Source: an uncultured Bacilli bacterium (lineage in GTDB: Bacteria; Bacillota_I; Bacilli_A; RF39; UBA660). Taken from it: 64,000 bases of DNA. The DNA is taken from positions 59,385-123,384 of the forward strand of contig CAKPTA010000002.1 of assembly GCA_934190785.1 (NCBI GenBank). The letters are read 5' to 3'. Positions 6,418 to 13,800 of this stretch are shown in pieces. Below the pieces are notes generated by a model. The model did not search any database, was not told the origin of the DNA, and worked only from the letters and a program-made list of their open reading frames with translations. Position 1 is the stretch's first letter, and every line of letters begins with the position of its first letter. The position numbers and the translations under genes were made by a program.

Positions 6418-8919
6418 CTATTTACCACAGCATTGTTTGTACTTCTTACCAGAGCCACAAGGACATGGGTCATTTCTACCTATTTTGCTTACACGTTTTG
6501 GTGCGGCCTTTTTTACTTTATTACTATCATTTACAGCCTCACCTTTAGCCACTTGTTTTCTCTCAATATTTTGACGAATTTCTGACTTAACTAAATACAT
6601 AGTAATTTCTTTATCAATTAAATTTAATAAACTATCAAAAAGTTCATATCCTTCAGTTGTATAAGCTCGTAATGGATTTTCTTGAGCATATCCTCTTAAA
6701 TGGATTCCCTCTCTTAAATGTGCCATCGTATTAATATGATTCATCCAATGTGTATCTATAACACGTAAGCTAATAGCTTTTTCAAATTCATTACATATTT
6801 CAAGTGGAATATCTTTTAATTTTGTTTCATACTCATCACTTATTATATTATACAAATATTCTGTTAATTCATCAGCATCCTTTTTATTTACATCATTTAT
6901 AGTTAATGTTTTTTTCAATAAATGCTCATTAGCAAACTCTAATATTTCACTATAATCTGTTTCTGTTAAATATCCCTCTGGAGCTATATGGCTTGTTACA
7001 AGCTCATTAATATAGTTCTCTATATTTTCTAAAACGTTTTCATGTATAGATTCAGAATCTAAAATTTCATTTCTTTTTTCATAAATGTATTCTCTTTGTT
7101 GATTTATAACATCATCATATTGAAGTAATGTTTTACGTATATCAAAGTTATTTCCTTCAACTCTTTTTTGCGCTGATTCAATAGAGCTTGATAACATTTT
7201 ATTTCTAATAGATGCATCATCACTAAATCCTACTTTAGCGAGCATCATTTTTGCTCTGTCAGTTCCAAAACGAACCATTAAATCATCTTCAAAAGAAACA
7301 CAAAATTGAGATGCACCAGGATCACCTTGACGACCAGAACGTCCACGTAGCTGATTATCAATACGTCTTGATTCATGTCTTTCGGTTCCAATAACAAATA
7401 ATCCACCTAGTTGTTTTACTTCATCATCTATTTTAATATCAGTTCCACGTCCAGCCATATTTGTCGCAATTGTTACTGCACCTTTGGCACCTGCTTTTGC
7501 TATAATTTCTGCCTCTCTAGCATTATTTTTAGCATTTAAAACTTCATGAGGAATGTGTTCACGTTTTAACATTGAACTAATTAATTCACTTGTTTCAACG
7601 GCAATGGTACCAACAAGTACTGGTTGTCCTGTTGAATGACGTTCCTTTATTTCCTCTACAATAGCTTTATATTTTCCTTTTTTTGTTGCAAAAAGTAAAT
7701 CACCATAATCTATTCTTGCAACTGGCTTATTAGTTGGAATTGTAATTACATACATGTTATATATATCCCTAAATTCCTCTTCTTCTGTTTTTGCAGTACC
7801 TGTCATACCTGATAATTTGCTATACATTCTAAATAAATTTTGGAATGTAATTGTTGCAAGAGTACGAGTTTCTTGTTCTATTTCTACGCCCTCTTTAGCC
7901 TCTATTGCCTGATGTAATCCATCAGAATAATTTCTTCCTGCCATTAATCTTCCTGTAAATGGATCTACAATAACTATCTTTCCATCTTTAACAACATAAT
8001 CAATGTCATTTTTCATAACATAATTTGCTTTTAAGGCTTGATTAATATAATGAACTAGAGTTGTATGATTTATATCATATAAATTATCAACCTTAAAGTA
8101 TTTTTCTCCAGCTTTTATACCCTCATCATCTAGAGTAACAGCTTTGGTTTTTTCGTCATATATATAACCATTATTTTCTTTTAATTGTTTAACAAATTTA
8201 TCAGCATCTATATATAAATTGGCAGATTCCATTTTACCACCAGATATAATAAGTGGTGTTCTAGCTTCATCTATTAATACTGAATCAACTTCATCAATAA
8301 TAACAAAATTATATTCGCGTGCTACTCTGTCTTTAGCATTTACAACCATATTATCACGAAGATAATCAAAACCTAATTCATTATTAGTTGTATACATAAT
8401 GTCAGAGTTATATGCTTCTCTTTTTTCTGATGGAGTAAGTTCACGGTAATTTACCCCTACTGTTAAACCTAAGAAACGATATATATTACCCATCCAATTT
8501 GCATCACGTCCAGCAAGATATTCATTTACAGTTACAATATGAACACCTTTTTTTGTTAATGCATTTAAATAAGCTGGCATAGTAGAAGTTAATGTTTTAC
8601 CTTCACCTGTACGCATTTCAGCAATATTACCATAATGAATTGCAAAACCACCAACTATTTGAACATAATATGGTTTTTCTCCTATAACACGATATGCTGC
8701 CTCACGAGCTACAGCAAAAGCTTCTATTTTTATATCCTCTAAAGTTTCACCATTCTCTAAACGACTTTGAAATTCAATAGTTTTATTTTTTAATTCATCA
8801 TCACTTAAATTAGCCATATCATTTTCTAATTCTAAAACTTCATTGGCTAATTTTTTAAATTTTTCTAATTCTTTATATTCATGATCAAAAATCTTTTTTA
8901 AAAAATTCAATTTTATCAT
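6418..8919 (-). CDS. secA: preprotein translocase ATPase SecA
   Basis: 833 aa. Motifs MRTGEGKTL, IIDEVDSVLIDEARTPLIISG, TNMAGRGTDI, and the C-terminal Zn motif CPCGSGKKYKQCCGK. Confidence 0.97.
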   Translation of the reverse strand: MIKLNFLKKIFDHEYKELEKFKKLANEVLELENDMANLSDDELKNKTIEFQSRLENGETLEDIKIEAFAVAREAAYRVIGEKPYYVQIVGGFAIHYGNIAEMRTGEGKTLTSTMPAYLNALTKKGVHIVTVNEYLAGRDANWMGNIYRFLGLTVGVNYRELTPSEKREAYNSDIMYTTNNELGFDYLRDNMVVNAKDRVAREYNFVIIDEVDSVLIDEARTPLIISGGKMESANLYIDADKFVKQLKENNGYIYDEKTKAVTLDDEGIKAGEKYFKVDNLYDINHTTLVHYINQALKANYVMKNDIDYVVKDGKIVIVDPFTGRLMAGRNYSDGLHQAIEAKEGVEIEQETRTLATITFQNLFRMYSKLSGMTGTAKTEEEEFRDIYNMYVITIPTNKPVARIDYGDLLFATKKGKYKAIVEEIKERHSTGQPVLVGTIAVETSELISSMLKREHIPHEVLNAKNNAREAEIIAKAGAKGAVTIATNMAGRGTDIKIDDEVKQLGGLFVIGTERHESRRIDNQLRGRSGRQGDPGASQFCVSFEDDLMVRFGTDRAKMMLAKVGFSDDASIRNKMLSSSIESAQKRVEGNNFDIRKTLLQYDDVINQQREYIYEKRNEILDSESIHENVLENIENYINELVTSHIAPEGYLTETDYSEILEFANEHLLKKTLTINDVNKKDADELTEYLYNIISDEYETKLKDIPLEICNEFEKAISLRVIDTHWMNHINTMAHLREGIHLRGYAQENPLRAYTTEGYELFDSLLNLIDKEITMYLVKSEIRQNIERKQVAKGEAVNDSNKVKKAAPKRVSKIGRNDPCPCGSGKKYKQCCGK

Positions 8920-9030
8920 CTCCTTTTAATATTTTATCAAAAATAATAATAAAATCATAGTAATTTCTTTAAAATATACCATAAAAAGCTTATATAATTA
9001 ATTACAAAATAAATTTTTAATTTAAAATTC

Positions 9031-9061
9031 AAAAATTTAAAAACCTGCAAATATTGCAGGT
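9031..9061 (-). terminator. rho-independent terminator after hpf
   Basis: ACCTGCAA-TAT-TTGCAGGT 8-bp stem followed by TTTTTAAATTTTT on the minus strand. Confidence 0.7.
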
Positions 9062-9073
9062 ATAAATTAATTT

Positions 9074-9604
9074 TTATTTGACATCAATTATTCCATAATT
9101 AGAATCTTTTCTTCTATAAATAACTGATATATCATCTGTTTCTATATTTTTAAATACAAAGAAATCATGTCCTAATAAATTCATTTGAAGAATAGCTTCT
9201 TCTTCATCCATTGGTTTTGTATCTATAACTTTTCTCTTTACTATTTTATTTTCTAAAGCTTCTTCAGCTGTCAAATCAAATTCTACAAACATAGATTCTA
9301 TCTCTTTGGTATTTCTATTATGCATTCTTGTTTTATTTTTTCTTATTTGTCTTTCTAATTTTTCAAGTACTAAATCAATAGCAGCATATAAATCTTTATT
9401 CGCAGCTTCTGCCCTAAGTACCGCTTTCTTTATTGGAATTGTAACTTCAATTATATCATCAATTCCATCTGTTCGGATTACGACATTAGCAGATATATCT
9501 TCTGGAGATTCAAAATACTTGTTAAGTTTTCCAATTTTGCTTTCAACATAATCCTTAATAGAGTTTGTTAATTCTAATTTGTTTGCACGTATATTAAATT
9601 TCAT
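9074..9604 (-). CDS. hpf: ribosome hibernation promoting factor (long form)
   Basis: MKFNIRANKLELTNSIKDYVESKIGKL S30AE-type N-domain plus C-terminal dimerisation domain. ATG at 9604 is preferred over the upstream GTG at 9613. Confidence 0.9.
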   Translation of the reverse strand: MKFNIRANKLELTNSIKDYVESKIGKLNKYFESPEDISANVVIRTDGIDDIIEVTIPIKKAVLRAEAANKDLYAAIDLVLEKLERQIRKNKTRMHNRNTKEIESMFVEFDLTAEEALENKIVKRKVIDTKPMDEEEAILQMNLLGHDFFVFKNIETDDISVIYRRKDSNYGIIDVK

Positions 9605-9680
9605 GCACACCACATCCTTTCTCTACGTTTATATTATAGCAAAAAATATAATTATTTTCAAATTAGAAAAAAAAGACCAC

Positions 9681-9893
9681 TTATACCAAAGTAGCTTTTA
9701 TTTCTACAACATTTTTTGCTTGAAGTCCTTTATCAGTTCTTACAAGTTCAAATTCAACGTATTGACCCTCAACTAAAGTTTTATATCCTTCAGTTAATAT
9801 TGATGAGTAATGAACAAATATATCTTCATGATCATTATATTCAATAAACCCATATCCTTTGTCATTATTAAACCATTTAACTTTACCTCTCAC
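9681..9893 (-). CDS. cold-shock protein (chromosomal)
   Basis: GKVKWFNNDKGYGFIE and DIFVHYSSI motifs. The GTG start at 9893 lies 9 nt after AAGGGAG; the track's upstream TTG start would sit upstream of the predicted TSS. Confidence 0.85.
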   Translation of the reverse strand: MRGKVKWFNNDKGYGFIEYNDHEDIFVHYSSILTEGYKTLVEGQYVEFELVRTDKGLQAKNVVEIKATLV

Positions 9894-9930
9894 AAAAACA
9901 GTCTCCCTTCTATTACAATTGTACAATACT

Positions 9931-9960
9931 ACTATAACAGCACTACTACATGTAATTCAA
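9931..9960 (-). promoter_or_regulatory. csp promoter TTGAAT-18-TATAGT with TG extension
   Basis: Read on the reverse strand: -35 at 9955-9960, -10 at 9931-9936. Confidence 0.5.
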
Positions 9961-10215
9961 TTTTTTTCGGCCGATAAAAATCGACAATATCTACAGACGA
10001 ATTATCATATCTGTAAAGCGCTATAATCATAACAGAAAACTATCTGCATACACTAAATAATTGCTTTTTTTGTCATTTTTAATGCATAAATGGTATCGTC
10101 TATATTCTGATGGAAGTTTTAGAGATAATTAGATCTTATTAAGCAGCAGAATTTACCAATAATGAAAACAAATTAATTTTATTTGATATTCTTAATTCAG
10201 ATAGGAGTAGAAGAT

Positions 10216-10824
10216 ATGAAAAATAAGTTTTTAAATTATGCTATCAATACAATTCATATTAATAATCCATCTTATAATGATACAAAACTTGCAGAAATTA
10301 GATATGGTTTAGAAGGAATATATTTAAGTATTACAAAGCTTATTATCATATTTTTGTTAGCTATATTATTAAATATACTAAAAGAAATGATCTTCATGCT
10401 AATAATATTTAATATATTAAGAACAACAGGATTCGGATTACATGCTACAAAAAGTTGGATATGTCTAGTTTCATCATCAGTTATATTTCTTGGAGGACCA
10501 CTACTAGCAAAAATAATCATAATAAACAATTTATTAAAAACTATTCTATCAATTACTTCCGTTATTCTTATTTATAAATATGCTCCAGCAGACACAAAAA
10601 AAAGACCTCTAATTAAAGAAAAAAAGAGGAATATATATAAATTTATTACAACAATAAAATGTATTATATTAAATATATTCATTATATTCATTAAAAATAA
10701 TATAATAACAAATTTAATTATTTTAGGTATATACGCGGAAGTAATTGTTATACTTCCAAAAACATATAAACTATTCAACATGCCATATGACAATTATAAA
10801 AACTATAAACCTTTATATGATTAA
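10216..10824 (+). CDS. agrB: AgrB-type accessory gene regulator peptidase (AIP maturation/export)
   Basis: Polytopic membrane protein. LRTTGFGLHATKSWIC places His and Cys 7 residues apart, as with S. aureus AgrB H77/C84. ATG at 10216 follows a GGAG SD. Confidence 0.85.
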   Translation: MKNKFLNYAINTIHINNPSYNDTKLAEIRYGLEGIYLSITKLIIIFLLAILLNILKEMIFMLIIFNILRTTGFGLHATKSWICLVSSSVIFLGGPLLAKIIIINNLLKTILSITSVILIYKYAPADTKKRPLIKEKKRNIYKFITTIKCIILNIFIIFIKNNIITNLIILGIYAEVIVILPKTYKLFNMPYDNYKNYKPLYD

Positions 10825-10866
10825 ACATTTAAATGTTTAATATAGAGAATAGAAGGAGGATGTATT

Positions 10867-10992
10867 ATGGGAAATTTATTAGCAAAAATTTTTGATTTTA
10901 TTGGAAATACCAGTGCTAGTTTATCTATCAATGAATGTAGTTTTTGGTTACTAGATGAACCAGAAATGCCAAAAAGTTTAATAGAAAAATAA
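10867..10992 (+). CDS. agrD: AgrD-type autoinducing peptide precursor (41 aa, below ORF-track cutoff)
   Basis: SD AGGAGGA 6 nt upstream. The protein is MGNLLAKIFDFIGNTSASLSINECSFWLLDEPEMPKSLIEK: amphipathic leader, single Cys, and a DEPEMPKSL tail like S. aureus DEVEVPKEL. Confidence 0.7.
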   Translation: MGNLLAKIFDFIGNTSASLSINECSFWLLDEPEMPKSLIEK

Positions 10993-11013
10993 GAGTATAA
11001 CTCTTATTTTTTT
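10986..11013. terminator. bidirectional terminator shared by agrD and the convergent kinase gene
   Basis: AATAAGAG-TATAA-CTCTTATT stem flanked by A-run/T-run. Overlaps both stop codons. Confidence 0.6.
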
Positions 11014-12323
11014 AAATCTATTAATAATCTTTGAACATAATACATACCATTCATTTCTCTTTCTTGACTTAAATGCTTATTTCTATCCATTATGTCTTTT
11101 ACAATAGATAATCCATATCCGTGATTTGAACCCTTTGTTGTATATCTTTCCTGATTAATTTTATCTAGTTGAACTTTTCCTTTATAAGTATTAGATATCT
11201 GTATAGTAATCTGTTTTTCATCACATTTAAACTCAACAATTAAATATTTATTATCTGACTCCATTGAAGCTTGCATAGCATTATCAAGATATACGCCTAA
11301 AGCCATACTTATATCTTGTAAATTATCTTCTAAAAGTTTTTTTGGTAATTCTTTTGGAATTGATTTTTCATCAATAACGTCAACATAAACCTTTATATCA
11401 TTCTTAACCATTTCACATATTTTATAATGCAATAAACCTTTTATACCTATATCAGGAAATTTAGATAACTTTATCAACCACTGTGTATTTTCATTTGACG
11501 GTTTATTCTTAAGCAACTTATTTATATAATTAAGAGCATCTTTATTTTTAGGGTCAATTTTATCTCGAATTATTATCAATTGATTTTCGTATTCATGTTG
11601 CCATTTACTTTTCTCTACTACTTCATGTTCATAAGTTTTTGCGTACTTGAACAAACTATCATATTCTTTTTTTATTCTATTTTTATCTGAATTTTCTTTA
11701 AAGAATCCCATCACTAATATTATCACAGATAGTATAACAATTACATTCATTATAATATCTATAATTGTAATATCATGTGTAGTATTTCTAAGTAGAAAGA
11801 ACCATAAAGTTACAACACACATAACAATTGTAACAAATGAATTTATTAATTTCTTATTACTATACCACTTTGATATGCTATATAATAAATCGTCTACTTT
11901 TTTTATATGTAAAAAAAAGTATGATAGTAATCCTATAAGAAAATTAGCTGACAAAATACATAAACAACTTGTTCTAAAGTTTTCTATTGAAATCTTTAGA
12001 ATACCTAGATAAAATATTCCTACAACACTATCAAACAATGCAAAAATAATATAAATCAAAAAAATTGTTATTAATAACGTACTAAAGCGTTCTTTGAATA
12101 TAAATTTAAATAATAATGCAGCTATTAACATTTTTGAAATAGTTCTTATCATTACTGGAACGTTTAATATCAATCCGCTACTAAGTATAGCTAGCAATAA
12201 TAATGATAATATAAAAATGAAATACTTTTTCTTATCAAAATTATATGATTTTCTTATAAAATATTCCCCCAATATAAGTTTATTTATAAAATCAACAATT
12301 ACCCAACTAAACCATATCGACAT
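11004..12323 (-). CDS. AgrC-like (HPK10) sensor histidine kinase
   Basis: About 6-7 TM segments in the first 200 aa. H-box KWQHEYENQL and ATP-lid GSNHGYGLSIVKDIM. Confidence 0.8.
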   Translation of the reverse strand: MSIWFSWVIVDFINKLILGEYFIRKSYNFDKKKYFIFILSLLLLAILSSGLILNVPVMIRTISKMLIAALLFKFIFKERFSTLLITIFLIYIIFALFDSVVGIFYLGILKISIENFRTSCLCILSANFLIGLLSYFFLHIKKVDDLLYSISKWYSNKKLINSFVTIVMCVVTLWFFLLRNTTHDITIIDIIMNVIVILSVIILVMGFFKENSDKNRIKKEYDSLFKYAKTYEHEVVEKSKWQHEYENQLIIIRDKIDPKNKDALNYINKLLKNKPSNENTQWLIKLSKFPDIGIKGLLHYKICEMVKNDIKVYVDVIDEKSIPKELPKKLLEDNLQDISMALGVYLDNAMQASMESDNKYLIVEFKCDEKQITIQISNTYKGKVQLDKINQERYTTKGSNHGYGLSIVKDIMDRNKHLSQEREMNGMYYVQRLLIDLKK

Positions 12324-13029
12324 AATCTTTTAAGCCTTTCTTTTTTTCACGGGACAATAAATTTGTTGTATCATCATTTTCAAAATAGATTAAACTTTCT
12401 TTCCAATCTACAGTTTTAATCTTTTTTAAATTAACTAAACAGCTTCGGTGTGATAAATAAAACCCTTTACCAAGTTCTTTTTGCATTTCATTCATAGTTT
12501 TTCCAACTGAGAAATCACCATATGTTGTACGAATTATACATTTTCTATCAACAGTATCTTTTTCAACACATAAAATGTCATCAATACATATTCTATGTGT
12601 TATACCATTTGCTTTAAAGAAAATAACTTTTTTTTCATTTACTTTTTCTATTGCTCGAGTTAAAATGTCTCTCAAATTTTCTTCGCATTCATTATATTTT
12701 GATATAAAATCAAGAAGCATTATTTGTGCTTTTAATGCTTCATATCCTAATTCTGTATGAGATGTTACTATTATTATTATACTATTCCAATCTTCTTCAC
12801 GAATTTTTCTTGCTATATCTATACCAGAAATTGAATCTTTCATCTCAATATCTAATATATATATTTTTGATGGAAGGTTATTTTTTATCATTTCTTCAAA
12901 ATCATCATCATATTTTGTAAATTCATGAATTTTATAATCACTATCATTATTCATATACATTTTATCGATTACAAGAGTTATTTTATCTCTAAACTTTTTT
13001 TCATCGTCGCATACTATAAAATTTATCAT
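12307..13029 (-). CDS. LytTR-family response regulator (AgrA-like)
   Basis: Receiver domain (CDDE, IYILDIEM) plus C-terminal LytTR domain (ICIDDILCVEKD..RKCIIRT..YLSHRSCLVNL). 17-nt overlap with the kinase gene. Confidence 0.85.
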   Translation of the reverse strand: MINFIVCDDEKKFRDKITLVIDKMYMNNDSDYKIHEFTKYDDDFEEMIKNNLPSKIYILDIEMKDSISGIDIARKIREEDWNSIIIIVTSHTELGYEALKAQIMLLDFISKYNECEENLRDILTRAIEKVNEKKVIFFKANGITHRICIDDILCVEKDTVDRKCIIRTTYGDFSVGKTMNEMQKELGKGFYLSHRSCLVNLKKIKTVDWKESLIYFENDDTTNLLSREKKKGLKDYVDMV

Positions 13030-13057
13030 AAAATCACTCCCAAACGAAAATCATTTC

Positions 13058-13084
13058 AAATAGTTTGCAGGCAGTTAACTATTC
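13058..13084 (-). promoter_or_regulatory. 8-bp dyad/hairpin at the predicted TSS of the RR-HK operon
   Basis: Minus-sense GAATAGTT-AACTGCCTGCA-AACTATTT. A structurally equivalent element sits at 31859-31888 upstream of the paralogous regulator. Confidence 0.4.
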
Positions 13085-13090
13085 TTTTTT

Positions 13091-13119
13091 ATATTACCAT
13101 AATGAGTGATAAAAATCAA
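13091..13119 (-). promoter_or_regulatory. promoter TTGATT-17-TAATAT (TG-extended) of the RR-HK operon
   Basis: Reverse strand: -35 at 13114-13119, -10 at 13091-13096, TGG at 13097-13099. Confidence 0.55.
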
Positions 13120-13143
13120 CTAATTGTTAATATTTACAACTAA
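13115..13143 (-). promoter_or_regulatory. LytTR-box-like direct repeats TTAGTTGTA-N11-TTAGTTGAT
   Basis: Two 9-mers sharing TTAGTTG, 20 bp start to start. The promoter-proximal one overlaps the -35. Confidence 0.45.
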
Positions 13144-13151
13144 AATTCGAG

Positions 13152-13700
13152 TTATTTTTCATCAAATATTTCATGCTTAATTCTTTGTTCAATTCTTTTA
13201 TCTTTAAAGAGATTAACATATTTATTTATTTTATCTTTATTAAGCAGCTTTGATATTTTTCTATAACTATTTATTATTTGTTCATATTTTTCATATTCCA
13301 TATTTGTTTTACTACGAACAACTTCAATTAATAATCTTTCTAAATCATATATTCTAATATTGTAATGTTTATAAGTGACAACATTAGCTCCAACACTATA
13401 TAGTGAATCTGTCATAAATATTTGTTTTACATTTTCATCTTTTATTTTTCTATCCTTTTGTTTTGTTGCTACATAGTATTTTGTATGTTCTTCTTTTATT
13501 AAAGAATAACATATACAAGCTGTTTCTAATGTTAAAATTACATTAGGATGTTTTTTTACAAGTACTTCTAATGGATCATATTTTTCTTCGGTTGAATATA
13601 CTCCTTTTGCTACTAAATACAAAGTTTTATCCTGTAATTTCTTTTTAATTTGATAGTCACTTAAATTTTGTTTTTGTAAATTTTTATATAAAAGTATCAT
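13152..13700 (-). CDS. AbiEi-like (type IV TA antitoxin family) protein, solitary
   Basis: LYLVAKGVYS, ETACICYSL and IRIYDLERLLIEVVRSK resemble AbiEi signatures (rGvY, ETAL..hgl, ERTLlD). ATG at 13700 follows GGTGAG. No AbiEii gene is adjacent. Confidence 0.4.
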   Translation of the reverse strand: MILLYKNLQKQNLSDYQIKKKLQDKTLYLVAKGVYSTEEKYDPLEVLVKKHPNVILTLETACICYSLIKEEHTKYYVATKQKDRKIKDENVKQIFMTDSLYSVGANVVTYKHYNIRIYDLERLLIEVVRSKTNMEYEKYEQIINSYRKISKLLNKDKINKYVNLFKDKRIEQRIKHEIFDEK

Positions 13701-13762
13701 GTCACTCACCAATAATATTATAATATAAAATTTATTGTTTTACAATGTCATACCGACATTTA

Positions 13763-13794
13763 GAAAAAAATAAAACCTATTTTATATAGGTTTT
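13763..13794 (-). terminator. rho-independent terminator after the P-type ATPase
   Basis: AAAACCTAT-ATAAA-ATAGGTTTT 9-bp stem followed by ATTTTTTT on the minus strand. Confidence 0.7.
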
Positions 13795-13800
13795 ATTACT

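Noticed and set aside
6380-6574. 64-aa plus-strand ORF across the secA 3' end.
   Set aside because: It is antisense to the conserved SecA Zn-finger coding region, with no SD and a hydrophobic nonsense-like translation.
9966-9980. GC-containing palindrome TTTCGGCCGATAAAA in the csp-agrB intergenic region (a possible terminator).
   Set aside because: The stem would have essentially no loop (TCGG/CCGA are adjacent), and no gene ends nearby on either strand.
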